From Planctomycetota bacterium (GTDB lineage: Bacteria; Planctomycetota; B15-G4), in NCBI GenBank assembly GCA_029259715.1, contig JAJDEP010000003.1, forward strand, positions 301,370 to 365,369: a DNA stretch of 64,000 nucleotides, written 5' to 3'. Below, piece after piece: positions 35,666 through 45,672 of this stretch. The first letter of the stretch is position 1. Each line of letters opens with the position of its first letter. The position numbers and the translations under genes are program-made. A model generated the notes under the pieces. The model was not told the origin of the DNA. It was given only the letters and a program-made list of their open reading frames with translations, and searched no databases.

Positions 35666-36426
35666 TCCGCATCCTCGAGGCGACCGTCGTGCATGTGCAG
35701 CGTGCGGTCGGCCCGTGCCGCCAGCAGGGGATCGTGCGTGACCACCACCAGGGCGGCACCGTGTCGGCGCGCCATGCCGAACAGCTGGCTCTCGATGATC
35801 TCGCCGGTCTGTTCGTCGAGGTTCCCGGTGGGCTCGTCACACAGCAGCAGGCTCGGGTGCCCCACCAGAGCCCGGGCGATGGCGATGCGCTGGCGCTCGC
35901 CCCCCGAGAGCTGCGAGGGACGGTGACGCAGCCGGTCGCCGAGACCCAACTCCACCAGCAGCTCCTCGGCGCGCCGACGGCAGTCGCGGCCCACCCGGCT
36001 CCAGTCCGCGATGCCGTGGCTGATCATCAGCGGCATGACTGCGTTCTCGAGGGCGTTCAGCTCACCGAACAGGTGATAGAACTGGAAAACGAATCCCACC
36101 TGCCGGTTGCGCAAGGCGGCGCGCTCGCCCACCGAGAGCCCCACCGTCTCGACGCCGCCGATGGAGAGCGCGCCCGTGTCGGGGCGGTCGAGCAGGCCGA
36201 GCATGTGCAGCAGCGTGGACTTGCCGGCGCCCGAGCGGCCCATCACGGCCACCGCCTCGCCAGCGCGCAGCTCGACGCTCACGCCCCGCACGACATCGAT
36301 GCTCTCGCTGCCCATGCGGTAGCGCTTGGCGATGTCGCGCGCGGCCAGGACCACGTCGCCGTAGCCCGCGTCCGGCGCCGCCGCGACGGGCACCCCCTCC
36401 GGCCGTTCCGTGGAGGCCTCACTCAT
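35662..36426 (-). CDS. ABC transporter ATP-binding protein (LolD/MacB-NBD-like)
   Basis: 254 aa. Walker A GRSGAGKST, signature LSGGERQR, Walker B LLLCDEPT, H-loop VTHD. Confidence 0.9.
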   Translation of the reverse strand: MSEASTERPEGVPVAAAPDAGYGDVVLAARDIAKRYRMGSESIDVVRGVSVELRAGEAVAVMGRSGAGKSTLLHMLGLLDRPDTGALSIGGVETVGLSVGERAALRNRQVGFVFQFYHLFGELNALENAVMPLMISHGIADWSRVGRDCRRRAEELLVELGLGDRLRHRPSQLSGGERQRIAIARALVGHPSLLLCDEPTGNLDEQTGEIIESQLFGMARRHGAALVVVTHDPLLAARADRTLHMHDGRLEDAE

Positions 36427-37780
36427 GGCGCAGCGCGTCCACGGGGTCCATCCGGCCGGCGCGCAGGGCCGGCCAGCTGCAGATGACGATGGAGAAGATC
36501 ACCGTCACGATGGCGACCTTCGCGTTGAGCATCAGGTCGAGCTCCGCCGGGATGTCCGTGAAGGCGTACACGTCCTTGCGGAAGATCTGGATGCCGAAGA
36601 GCGACTCGATACCGTCCTTCACCTGATTGATGTAGATCACCAGCGTGGTGCCCGCGGCCATGCCCAGCAGCCCGCCGAAGCCGGCCACCATGCCCGAGCA
36701 GGCGCCGAAGACGGCCGTGATGCCCCACGGGCTCGCGCCCATCGCCGCGAGGATGCCGATGTCGCGCACCTTCTCCTGCACCATCATGGTGAGCATCGAG
36801 AAGGTGATCGTGCAGGTCAGCAGGACGAAGAAGCCCAGCACGATGGCCAGGATGTTGCGCTCGTTCTCGACCGCGTTGAGGAAGATGCGGTGCCGATCGA
36901 GCCAGGTCTGCGTCACGGCGGGGATGCCGTCCTCGGCGAGCGTGATCGAGATCTGGTCGCGCACCTGGTCCAGCCCGGCAGCGTCCGTCTGCCCGATGTC
37001 GGCGCTGACCCGCACGTAGACCTCGGAGGCCTCCTGCGTCACGCCCGACCAGGCCTTGAAGGCCGCGCGCTCGATGAACACCTGGCGCACGTCGGTGTCG
37101 TAGTGGCCCGTGTTGAACGCGCCCGCGACGATGAACGTCTGGCTCGAGGCGGCGATCTGCGGCTCCGTCGCGAAGGGGTCGCCGTCGGTGGCGGTGACCA
37201 GCTCGAGGGCCATGCCCGGCCGCAGGTCGTGGTTCACCATGATGTCCTCGCCCAGGATCACCCGGCCCAGGCCGGCGTTGCGCAGACGCCGATCGAGGAT
37301 GCGCGAACGCTCGAAGGCGAACGGCGCCTCCGCATCCGCCACCGCGAGGGCCGGGTCGTCCACGTCGTCGAGGTAGGCGCGCAGCTTGGTCACCTCGAGC
37401 TCGTCCTCCGGCTCGATGCCCAGCACGATGAGTTGGTTGCTCGTGGCCATGAGCGAGCTGTTCATGCGGTTCCACACGGTGCCGTGCACCTTGAAGACCG
37501 CCGGCCTTACGAAGCGCGAGCACACCGCCTCGACGCCGTCGACGCCCACGATCAGCGTTTCCAGGCGCTCGCGGCTCCACGGCGAGCGCTGGCTCTCCCG
37601 CGGCGTGACGACGATGTCGGCGGTCGTGCCCCGGATCATCGCCCGGGTCTCGCCGAGGAAGCCGTTCATGATGCTCCACACCGTGATCAGCGCCATCACG
37701 GCCACGCCGATGGCGGCCACGGCCAGGTAGCTCACCGGACGTGAGACCATGTAGCGCACGGCGAGGAACAGCCGGAACAT
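36419..37780 (-). CDS. ABC transporter permease, FtsX/LolC/E-like (MacB-type)
   Basis: 453 aa. N-terminal TM, a large periplasmic domain, and a C-terminal 3-TM FtsX domain. Overlaps the ATPase gene by 8 bp. Confidence 0.85.
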   Translation of the reverse strand: MFRLFLAVRYMVSRPVSYLAVAAIGVAVMALITVWSIMNGFLGETRAMIRGTTADIVVTPRESQRSPWSRERLETLIVGVDGVEAVCSRFVRPAVFKVHGTVWNRMNSSLMATSNQLIVLGIEPEDELEVTKLRAYLDDVDDPALAVADAEAPFAFERSRILDRRLRNAGLGRVILGEDIMVNHDLRPGMALELVTATDGDPFATEPQIAASSQTFIVAGAFNTGHYDTDVRQVFIERAAFKAWSGVTQEASEVYVRVSADIGQTDAAGLDQVRDQISITLAEDGIPAVTQTWLDRHRIFLNAVENERNILAIVLGFFVLLTCTITFSMLTMMVQEKVRDIGILAAMGASPWGITAVFGACSGMVAGFGGLLGMAAGTTLVIYINQVKDGIESLFGIQIFRKDVYAFTDIPAELDLMLNAKVAIVTVIFSIVICSWPALRAGRMDPVDALRHE

Positions 37781-37782
37781 CT

Positions 37783-39399
37783 CTAGTTCCCGCCCGGCGT
37801 CGCGTCGTCCGTCAGCGTCTCTTCCGGTGCGCGTTCCGTCGCCGCCCCGTCCGCCGACTTGTCGTGCGGGCGCAGCAGCGGGAACAGGATCACGTCACGG
37901 ATCGTGGGCGTGCCCGTCAGCAACATCACCAACCGGTCGACGCCGATGCCGATGCCCGCCGCCGGCGGCATGCCGTAGCTCAGCGCCTCGACGTAGTCGT
38001 GATCGACCTCGGCCGGCAGCTCCGGGTCGCGTTGCGACACCTGCTCCTCGAAGCGCGCCAACTGCTCGGCGGGATCGTTGAGTTCCGAGAAGCCGTTGGC
38101 CACCTCCATGCGCCCGATGAACAGCTCGAAGCGCTCGGCGATGCGCCCGTCCTCGGGCGAGGCCTTGGCCAACGGGCTCAGCGCGACGGGGAAGTCCGTG
38201 ACGAAGGTGGGCTGTTCCAGGTGCGGCTCGACGCAGGCGGAGAAGAGGTCGTCGGCGATCTTGGCCGTGCCGCGCCCCTTCGTCTCGATGCCCCGCTTGG
38301 TGGCGGCCGCGGCCACGGCGACGTCGTCGAACACATCGACGCCGGCGTGCTCGAGCAGCAGCTCTCCGTATCCGCGGCGCGCGAAGGGAACGCTCATGTC
38401 GAGGCAGCTCCCTTCCCAGAGCAGCTCGTGGGACTCGGCGGCCTCGCCAACCCCGTCCTCGCCTTCATCCGCATCACCGCCCGCCCCTTCGACCGCACCC
38501 GCATCCGCCGCCGGGGCCCTGCGCCCGAGCTGTCCGTGGTCACGCACGAGCTCGGCGATGATTAACTCGCACAGCGACATCCAGTCGTCACCGCGGGCAT
38601 AGGCCCAGTAGGCCTCGAGCATGGTGAACTCGGGATTGTGGCGCGGCGACAGCCCCTCGTTGCGGAAGTTGCGCCCAATCTCGAACACGCGCTCGAAGCC
38701 GCCGACCAGCAGCCGCTTGAGATAGAGCTCGGGGGCGATGCGCAGGTAGAGGTCGAGGTCGAGGGTGTTGTGGTGGGTCACAAACGGGCGCGCGGCGGCT
38801 CCCCCCGCGATGGGGTGCAACATGGGCGTCTCGACCTCGAGGAAGTGCTCGCCCTCCAGGCGCCGCCGCTGGGCGGCCACGATGGCCGAGCGCTCGGCGA
38901 AACGCCGCAGGCTCTCGGGATTGGCGGCCAGGTCGACGTAGCGCTTGCGCAGCCGGGTCTCGATGTCGGCCAGCCCGTAGTGCTCCTTGGGCATGCCCAG
39001 CATCGACTTGGTGAGCAGCCGGACGCCGTCGGCGAACACCGTGTCCTCACCCTTGCGCGTGCGGCTGAAGTCGCCCTCGATGGAGAGGAAGTCGCCCAGG
39101 TCGAGGTTGTTGCGGAAGAGCTGGTAGCGCTCGGGGCCCACCCGCTTCTTCTGCAGATAGACCTGACAGCGCCCCGTGGCATCGCGCAGGTCCACGAACA
39201 TGCTGTTGCCGTGATCCCGGTGGGCCGTCACCCGCCCGGCGATGACCACCTTGGCCGGCGGCTCGGCCCCCGCGTCCTCCTGCTCGAGGATGTCGGCGAT
39301 CCAGCGGCGCCCCTCGAAGCCGGAGCCGGGGCCGTAGGGCGGCTCTCCTGCCTCCGAGAAGGATGCCAGCTTGGCGAATCGGTCTGCGGAGGCTTCCAT
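37783..39399 (-). CDS. lysS: lysine--tRNA ligase (class II)
   Basis: 538 aa. N-terminal OB anticodon-binding domain and class II motifs (FEIGRNFRNEG motif 2; GIGIDRLVMLLTG motif 3). Carries an acidic Gly/Ala/Asp insertion. Confidence 0.9.
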   Translation of the reverse strand: MEASADRFAKLASFSEAGEPPYGPGSGFEGRRWIADILEQEDAGAEPPAKVVIAGRVTAHRDHGNSMFVDLRDATGRCQVYLQKKRVGPERYQLFRNNLDLGDFLSIEGDFSRTRKGEDTVFADGVRLLTKSMLGMPKEHYGLADIETRLRKRYVDLAANPESLRRFAERSAIVAAQRRRLEGEHFLEVETPMLHPIAGGAAARPFVTHHNTLDLDLYLRIAPELYLKRLLVGGFERVFEIGRNFRNEGLSPRHNPEFTMLEAYWAYARGDDWMSLCELIIAELVRDHGQLGRRAPAADAGAVEGAGGDADEGEDGVGEAAESHELLWEGSCLDMSVPFARRGYGELLLEHAGVDVFDDVAVAAAATKRGIETKGRGTAKIADDLFSACVEPHLEQPTFVTDFPVALSPLAKASPEDGRIAERFELFIGRMEVANGFSELNDPAEQLARFEEQVSQRDPELPAEVDHDYVEALSYGMPPAAGIGIGVDRLVMLLTGTPTIRDVILFPLLRPHDKSADGAATERAPEETLTDDATPGGN

Positions 39400-39518
39400 C
39401 GGCGTGATTCTAGTGAGCGCGCCGCCCCGGCCTCAACGACGAACGGTGCGATAGCGCTTGATACCCTCCCCGCCGCGGTGGACCATGTGCGGCCTTTTCA
39501 CCCGAGCGAAGCAGTGCC

Positions 39519-40862
39519 ATGACAGCCACCCTCAAGGTCGACGGTCCCTGCCGCCGCACACTGTCCTTCAGCATCGAGCGCCAGCAGCTCGACCAACGCA
39601 TCGAGGCGCGCCTGCGCGATGTCGCCAGCCGCACCCCGATCAAGGGCTTCCGCCCGGGCAAGGCGCCCCTCGAGGTGATCCGCCGCTCCCACGGCAAGGA
39701 GATCACGGAGGACGCGCGCCACGGGCTCATCTCCGAGGCCCTCGGTGATGCGGTCAAGGAGCACGATCTGCACCTCGTCGGCGACCCCGAGCTCGACCCG
39801 GCCGACATCGTGGACGACGGCGCCGGCCCCATCTCCTTCGATGTGAAGGTCGAGGTGGCCCCGGACTTCGAGTTGGGCGACCTCTCGACCCTGTCCGTCA
39901 CCGTGCAGGTGCCGGCGGTCGACGACACCATGGTCCAGCGCGAGCTGGACGCCTTCCGCCAGTCCCAGGCGCAGCCCGAGGACGCCCCCGAGGGCGCCGT
40001 CATCGAGGAGTCCGACCTGCTCGAGGCCACCGTGGCCTACACGGTCGACGGCGAGGCCCTCGAGCCCCGCACCGACCGGCGCGTGGTCGTGAAGCAGGAG
40101 GTCGTCGACGGCGTTGTCATCGAAGGGGCCCGGGACGCGCTGCTCGGCAAGGCCGTGGGCGACACCGTCGAGCTCGACGCCACCCTGCCCGAGCACTTCG
40201 AGCCCACCGCGTTGGCCGGCAAGTCCGCCCACCTCGCCGTGACCATCGATCGCCACCGGCGCCTGGCGGACGGCGTGCTCGACGCCGAGACCCTCAAGAA
40301 CGCCGGCGTCAGCAGCGAGGACGAGCTGCGCGAGAAGATCCGCGAGCACCTGGACACGCAGGTCAAGCGCGTCCGCGACCAGCAGGCCGACCGGGCCCTC
40401 GAAGACCGCCTGCGCGAGCTGGTCAGCTTCGAGCTGCCCGAGCGCATGGTCGAGACCAGCATCGAGAAGCGGGTCCACGAGTATGCCCATCGCCTCATGG
40501 AGCAGCAGAAGCTGGGCAGCGAGGAGGGCCACCAGGCCGCCGAGGCCGAGCGTGAGAAGATCGCCGAGATGGTCCGAGCGGGCCTCAAGGCATCCTTCAT
40601 CTTCGCGCGCATCGCCCGCGAGAAGGAGCTGGGAGCCAGCCCGGAAGAGGCTGAGGCCCACATCCGCTCCCTCGGGGCCATGTCCGGCCAGGATGGCGAG
40701 GAGTTGCTCAAGCGGGCCTGGAGCGAGGGCTGGATCCGCGACGTCGTCGCCCAGCTCACCGAAGAGAAGACGCGCAGTTGGCTGCGCGAAAACGCCGATA
40801 TCAAGGAGGAGGAGCTCCCCGCCATGCCGGAGAGCGAATCCGAAGGCCTCGCCGAGGCCTGA
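39519..40862 (+). CDS. tig: trigger factor
   Basis: 447 aa. [12 protein letters not shown] ribosome-binding signature region and conserved tig-clpP-clpX synteny. Confidence 0.9.
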   Translation: MTATLKVDGPCRRTLSFSIERQQLDQRIEARLRDVASRTPIKGFRPGKAPLEVIRRSHGKEITEDARHGLISEALGDAVKEHDLHLVGDPELDPADIVDDGAGPISFDVKVEVAPDFELGDLSTLSVTVQVPAVDDTMVQRELDAFRQSQAQPEDAPEGAVIEESDLLEATVAYTVDGEALEPRTDRRVVVKQEVVDGVVIEGARDALLGKAVGDTVELDATLPEHFEPTALAGKSAHLAVTIDRHRRLADGVLDAETLKNAGVSSEDELREKIREHLDTQVKRVRDQQADRALEDRLRELVSFELPERMVETSIEKRVHEYAHRLMEQQKLGSEEGHQAAEAEREKIAEMVRAGLKASFIFARIAREKELGASPEEAEAHIRSLGAMSGQDGEELLKRAWSEGWIRDVVAQLTEEKTRSWLRENADIKEEELPAMPESESEGLAEA

Positions 40863-40887
40863 GAGCAGACCGGAACGGGATCCACCC

Positions 40888-41514
40888 ATGAGTGCGAAGA
40901 GCGACAAGCAAGCCGCGCAGGCCTTCTACCCCATCCCCTACGTCATCGAGAAGACGGGGCGTGGTGAACGGGCCTATGACATCTACAGCCGGCTGCTCGA
41001 AGACCGGATCATCTTCATCGGCACCGGCATCGACGATCACGTGGCCAATGCCGTGGTCGCCCAACTGCTCTTCCTGGAGACGGAGAACCGCTCCCAGGAC
41101 GTGAACATGTACATCAACTCGCCGGGCGGCGTGGTCACCTCGGGCCTCGCGATCTACGACGCCATGCAGCACGTGCAATGCCCGGTGGCCACCTTCTGCA
41201 TCGGTCAGGCCGCGAGCATGGGCGCGGTGTTGCTCACGGCCGGGACGAAAGGCAAGCGCCACATCCTGCCCCACTCGCGCGTCATGATTCACCAGCCCTG
41301 GGGCGGCGCCGGCGGAACGGCCTCCGACATCCGCATCCAGACGGACGAGATCCTCAAGCTGAAGACCAACCTCAACAAGATCATCGCCCACCACTCGGGC
41401 CAGTCGATCAAGAAGGTCGAGAAGGACACCGACCGCGACCGTTACCTATCAGCCGAAGAGGCGGTGGAGTATGGTCTGGTCGACGAGATCATCCACCCGG
41501 CCAAGGCCAGCTGA
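40888..41514 (+). CDS. clpP: ATP-dependent Clp protease proteolytic subunit
   Basis: 208 aa. Ser active site GQAASMGA, His (MIHQP) and Asp contexts. [13 protein letters not shown]-terminus. Confidence 0.95.
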   Translation: MSAKSDKQAAQAFYPIPYVIEKTGRGERAYDIYSRLLEDRIIFIGTGIDDHVANAVVAQLLFLETENRSQDVNMYINSPGGVVTSGLAIYDAMQHVQCPVATFCIGQAASMGAVLLTAGTKGKRHILPHSRVMIHQPWGGAGGTASDIRIQTDEILKLKTNLNKIIAHHSGQSIKKVEKDTDRDRYLSAEEAVEYGLVDEIIHPAKAS

Positions 41515-41571
41515 CCACGACGTGGGTCCGGCCGGGCCGACGACAACGAGACGCGACGACCGCAGGACGCC

Positions 41572-42876
41572 ATGAAGGGCACGGACGGCCGACAGAACGA
41601 AGAACGCTGCGCCTTCTGCGCGAAGAGTCGGCGCCAGGTCCAGAACCTCATCGCTGGGCCGCCGGGCGTCTACATCTGCAATGAGTGCGTCGACCTGTGC
41701 AACACCATCCTGGTCGAGCGGCGCACTCCCGAGACCGAGACGCCGACCGGCGGCATCGAGCTCAACGCCGATCAGCTGCCGTTCCCGAGCAAGATCCACG
41801 CCGATCTCGAGCAGTACGTCATCGGCCAGGACCACGCCAAGCGCGTGCTCTCGGTCGCCGTCTACAGCCACTACCGCCGGTTGTTCGCCCGGCAGACCAT
41901 CGATGAGAGCGAGCGCGGCGTCGAGATCGACAAGAGCAACGTGCTGCTCGTCGGCCCCACGGGCTCGGGCAAGACGCTGCTGGCCCGCACCCTGGCGCAG
42001 ATCCTCGACGTGCCCTTCGCCATCGCGGACGCCACGACGCTGACCGAGGCCGGCTACGTCGGCGAGGATGTCGAGAACATCGTCCTCAAGCTGGTCCAGT
42101 CGGCCGACTACAACATCGAGCGCGCGCAGCAGGGCATCATCTTCGTCGACGAGATCGACAAGATCGCCCGGACCACGAGCAACGTCTCAATCACCCGCGA
42201 CGTCTCCGGCGAGGGCGTGCAACAGGCCCTGCTGAAGCTGCTCGAGGGCACGGTGGCCAACGTGCCCCCGCAGGGCGGTCGCAAGCACCCTGAGCAGCAA
42301 TACATCCAGGTGGACACGCGCGACATCCTGTTCATCTGCGGCGGCACCTTCTCGGGCATCGACGAGATCGTCGCCCGGCGCGTCGGCCGCGGCTCGATCG
42401 GCCTGCATAAGAACCGCGACGGTGATCCCGACCTCGTAGCCGCCGAGGACACCAATGCGCTCATCGCCAAGGTCACCACAGAAGACCTGGTCGAGTACGG
42501 CCTGATCCCCGAGTTCGTCGGGCGCCTGCCGATCATCGCGCCGCTCTCGTCGCTGAACACCGAGGAATTGGTCAAGACGCTGACGCAACCCAAGAACGCC
42601 CTCGTGCGCCAGTACCAGTTCCTGTTCGGGCTCGAAGACTGCGAACTCGAGATCACCATGGATGCGCTGAGGTCTGTCGCCGAGCGCGCGCTCAAGCTGA
42701 AGACCGGCGTCCGGGCGGCCCGGTCCATCATCGAGAGCATGATGCTCGACCTGGTCTACGACCTGCCCGAGAAGGGCCCCGGGTTGCGCTACGTCGTCAC
42801 CAAGGAGTTCGTGCAGGACCAGGCTCCCGTGACCATCGTGCCGCTCGAGCCGGGCGCCCAGCCCAAGTCGGCCTGA
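41572..42876 (+). CDS. clpX: ATP-dependent Clp protease ATP-binding subunit ClpX
   Basis: 434 aa. N-terminal C4 zinc finger (CAFC...CNEC), Walker [17 protein letters not shown] Walker B. Confidence 0.95.
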   Translation: MKGTDGRQNEERCAFCAKSRRQVQNLIAGPPGVYICNECVDLCNTILVERRTPETETPTGGIELNADQLPFPSKIHADLEQYVIGQDHAKRVLSVAVYSHYRRLFARQTIDESERGVEIDKSNVLLVGPTGSGKTLLARTLAQILDVPFAIADATTLTEAGYVGEDVENIVLKLVQSADYNIERAQQGIIFVDEIDKIARTTSNVSITRDVSGEGVQQALLKLLEGTVANVPPQGGRKHPEQQYIQVDTRDILFICGGTFSGIDEIVARRVGRGSIGLHKNRDGDPDLVAAEDTNALIAKVTTEDLVEYGLIPEFVGRLPIIAPLSSLNTEELVKTLTQPKNALVRQYQFLFGLEDCELEITMDALRSVAERALKLKTGVRAARSIIESMMLDLVYDLPEKGPGLRYVVTKEFVQDQAPVTIVPLEPGAQPKSA

Positions 42877-42886
42877 CCGCGTCGCG

Positions 42887-43978
42887 GTGGCACAAGCCAC
42901 GACGGAAGGCGCAGGGCGGCGCAAGCCGGCCCTCACCGACCTGAGCGTCGGTGGATTCGCGCTGCTGGCGGACATGCCCGGCGCACGCTCGTTCACGCCC
43001 GGTCAGGTGCGCCGCTGGGTGCTGCAGCGCGGCGCCCGGGACTTCGATGCGATGACGGACCTGGGCAAGGGACTCCGGACCGCTCTCTCCGAGCACTGGA
43101 GCGTGCGGGGAGGCACCCTGCTCCGGCGGCACGAGAGCATCGACGGGACCGTCGGCCTGGTGACCCGCCTGCACGACGGAGAAATCATCGAGTCCGTCGT
43201 CATCCCCGAAGCGGAGCGACGCACGCTGTGCCTCTCGAGTCAGGTCGGCTGCGCGGTCGGATGCGTGTTCTGCGCCAGCGGCATCGGCGGCATGGTGCGC
43301 AACCTGTCGGCCGGCGAGATCGTCGAGCAGGTGCTCACAGCCCGCGACGAGAGCGGCGACGAGCCCATCACCAACTTCGTGTTCATGGGTTCCGGCGAGC
43401 CCACCCACAACCTGTCCGCCGTGGTCTCCGCCATCGAGACGATGAACTCGCCCGATGGCCTGGGGATCGGAGCCCGACGCATCACCGTGTCGACCGTGGG
43501 CCACCCGGCGTCGGTGCGACGTTTGGCCCAGGTGCCGATCCCCTTCAACCTCGCCCTCTCGGTCCACGCCCCCACCGATGCAGCGCGTGAACAGCTCATG
43601 CCCGGGCTCGGCCGCTCCGACCTCGGCGAGACCCTGAAGGCGGCCCGCGATCGCTTCGATGCCAGCGGCCGACGCATCACAGTGGAGGCGGTCGTTCTCG
43701 ACGGCGTCAACGACCGCGATGAGGACGGCCACGCCTTCGCCGACCTGCTGACCGGACTGCCCGTCATGGTCAACCTGATCCCCTGGAATCCGGTCGACGA
43801 CCTCGATCTGCGCGCGCCCCGCGCCGAACGAGTGGAGGCGCTGCGGTCGATCCTGCAGCAGTCCGGCGTGGAGGTCACCGTCCGCCGTCCGCGCGGCCAG
43901 GACGTCGGTGTGGCCTGCGGCCAGCTGCGACGCCGGGCCCTCGATCCGTCCGACGAAGAGGAAGAGCAGCGGCGCTAG
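42887..43978 (+). CDS. rlmN: 23S rRNA (A2503-C2)/tRNA methyltransferase RlmN, radical SAM
   Basis: 363 aa. CxxxCxxC radical-SAM cluster motif (CAVGCVFCASG), FMGSGEP, downstream Cys (VGVACGQL). Confidence 0.85.
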   Translation: MAQATTEGAGRRKPALTDLSVGGFALLADMPGARSFTPGQVRRWVLQRGARDFDAMTDLGKGLRTALSEHWSVRGGTLLRRHESIDGTVGLVTRLHDGEIIESVVIPEAERRTLCLSSQVGCAVGCVFCASGIGGMVRNLSAGEIVEQVLTARDESGDEPITNFVFMGSGEPTHNLSAVVSAIETMNSPDGLGIGARRITVSTVGHPASVRRLAQVPIPFNLALSVHAPTDAAREQLMPGLGRSDLGETLKAARDRFDASGRRITVEAVVLDGVNDRDEDGHAFADLLTGLPVMVNLIPWNPVDDLDLRAPRAERVEALRSILQQSGVEVTVRRPRGQDVGVACGQLRRRALDPSDEEEEQRR

Positions 43979-43985
43979 GGCCCCG

Positions 43986-44831
43986 TCAGCGGCCGTCGGC
44001 ACTCTCGGGAAGGCGCTGGAACTGCGTCCGCAGGAGACCCGACTCGGCCAACTCCTGCAGGCGTCCTTCGGTCAGCAGGAACAGGTGCATCTTCTCGCCC
44101 GGTTGGCTCGGCACTTCGACCTGCTGCACGGCCACCTTCATCTTGCCGTCGAAGTGCAGTCCCAGCATCTCTTCGAGCTGGCCGATGCTCAGCTGGGGCG
44201 TTCCGGTCATGAAGCGGTCGTCGAGGGAGAGACCGCTGGTGTTCATGGGACTGTGGTTCATCGGGCCGATGCGACCCGAGAGGCTTCCGCCGGAAGCGGG
44301 CGTGCCCTGCGCTCCGTCACCGAAGGCCGGCAGACCCGAGCCTCCGACATCCCGGATCGATGGCGCCGGCCAACCGATGGCCTGGCGATCGCCTTCGGCC
44401 CGGGGCGCCTCGACGACATCGTCGGCGACGAGCGGCAGGTCCGAGAGCGTCCGGGGTCCGGAGCCGCTGCTCTCGAGATTGAGCGTCACCGCCAGGCCGG
44501 CCACGGCCAACACGGCGGCCGCCGCCAACACGCGCGGGAGACGCAAGACGGATGCGCGGGGCGGAACGGCCACGGGGCCGACCTCGCCGGAGCGCACGCG
44601 CGCCATGACGTCCTCGGTGAATCCGTCGAGGATCCCCTCGGGGAGCGGCTCTTCGGCCGCCGCGCGCAGCTGGCCTCGCAGTGATGCCAGCTCGCGAAAC
44701 TCGCGGAAGCAGTTGAGGCAAGCGTGCAGGTGCTCGTCCACGGCGGCCTGGTGGCGCGTGTCGAGATCGCCGCCGGCATGCAGGGGGAGCATCCGAGAAA
44801 CAGTCGTGCAGTCGTATCGCCGGAACATCAT
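43986..44831 (-). CDS. anti-sigma factor, zf-HC2 (RseA/ChrR-like) with single TM
   Basis: 281 aa. N-terminal H-x3-C-x2-C motif (HLHACLNCFREF). Central TM VLAAAAVLAVAGLAV. Immediately downstream of, and co-directional with, the ECF sigma gene. Confidence 0.7.
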   Translation of the reverse strand: MMFRRYDCTTVSRMLPLHAGGDLDTRHQAAVDEHLHACLNCFREFRELASLRGQLRAAAEEPLPEGILDGFTEDVMARVRSGEVGPVAVPPRASVLRLPRVLAAAAVLAVAGLAVTLNLESSGSGPRTLSDLPLVADDVVEAPRAEGDRQAIGWPAPSIRDVGGSGLPAFGDGAQGTPASGGSLSGRIGPMNHSPMNTSGLSLDDRFMTGTPQLSIGQLEEMLGLHFDGKMKVAVQQVEVPSQPGEKMHLFLLTEGRLQELAESGLLRTQFQRLPESADGR

Positions 44832-44838
44832 GGTGCCT

Positions 44839-45474
44839 TCAGGAGCTCAAGGGTGTGTCGGTATTTGTATCGGTCGTGCGTTGCAGTCGGGCCCGGGCTT
44901 CGTTCGCGCGGCGGCTCTCGAGCCGGTCCCAGCTCTCGCGGAATTGCTTGCGAGCAACATGCAGACGCCACCGGACGGTGGCGTGTGAGATCCCGCTGAT
45001 GTCGGAGATCTGCTTGCTCGACAAGCCCTCGAGGTCGCGCAGGGCGAGCACGGTGCGGTACTTCTCGTCGAGGGTGGCCAGCACGGCGCGGACCCGCCCG
45101 GAGAGCTCCCGCTGGGACTCGCGGTATTGGGGCGCGATGTCGTGTCCGCCATCGGCGAGTCCTTCGCGCAGCACCTCGATGTCGACGCCCTTGTGCCGCT
45201 TGTTGCGGCGCAGGTGGTCGATGGCCAGGTTCACCGTGATGCGGTAGAGCCACGTGGTGAAGGCCATCGAGAAGTCGAAGCGCTCGAGCGCGCGCCAGAC
45301 CCGGACGAAGGCTTCCTGGGCGACGTCGCGGGCCGCCTCGGCGTTGCCGACCACCCGGTAGGCGGCCCAGAAGGCGCGTTCCTGATGCCGGCCCACCAAG
45401 GCCGCGAAGGCGTCCTCATCGCCCGTCAGGCACTCACGGATGATCTCGTGGTCTTCTTGACGGGATTGGGACAT
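44839..45474 (-). CDS. ECF (RpoE-like) sigma-70 family factor
   Basis: 211 aa from ATG 45474 (MSQSRQEDHEIIRECLTGDEDAFAALVGRHQERAFWAAYRVVGN...). Region 2 is FVRVWRALERFD. Region 4 HTH is LSSKQISDISGISHATVRWRLHVARKQF. Confidence 0.85.
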   Translation of the reverse strand: MSQSRQEDHEIIRECLTGDEDAFAALVGRHQERAFWAAYRVVGNAEAARDVAQEAFVRVWRALERFDFSMAFTTWLYRITVNLAIDHLRRNKRHKGVDIEVLREGLADGGHDIAPQYRESQRELSGRVRAVLATLDEKYRTVLALRDLEGLSSKQISDISGISHATVRWRLHVARKQFRESWDRLESRRANEARARLQRTTDTNTDTPLSS

Positions 45475-45672
45475 CGAGCCCCCGGCGGGTGCCTGTTGGC
45501 GGCGCAGAGCAAGGTCGGAGGCGGGCATCGCCCCCACCTACGGTAGGAGCCTGATCGCTGATGGGCACCGAGACAACTTTCTTGCCCGGAATCGCCCCGG
45601 GTTCGCCCGATCCGCGAGGCTGCGACCGACCCGGAGGGCTCCAGGAGACACTCGAGGGGGCCTGGAGGCCGC

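Noticed and set aside
34464-35840. 458-aa minus ORF overlapping the sulfatase-like and ABC genes in another frame.
   Set aside because: Arg/Pro-rich with no motifs. The alternative frames contain the sulfatase-fold and Walker motifs.
36423-37679. 418-aa minus ORF and 444-aa plus ORF 36410..37744 overlapping the FtsX-like permease.
   Set aside because: Low-complexity Arg/Gly-rich translations. The permease frame has clean TM helices.
39498-40907. 469-aa minus ORF antisense to tig.
   Set aside because: The tig frame is conserved end to end.
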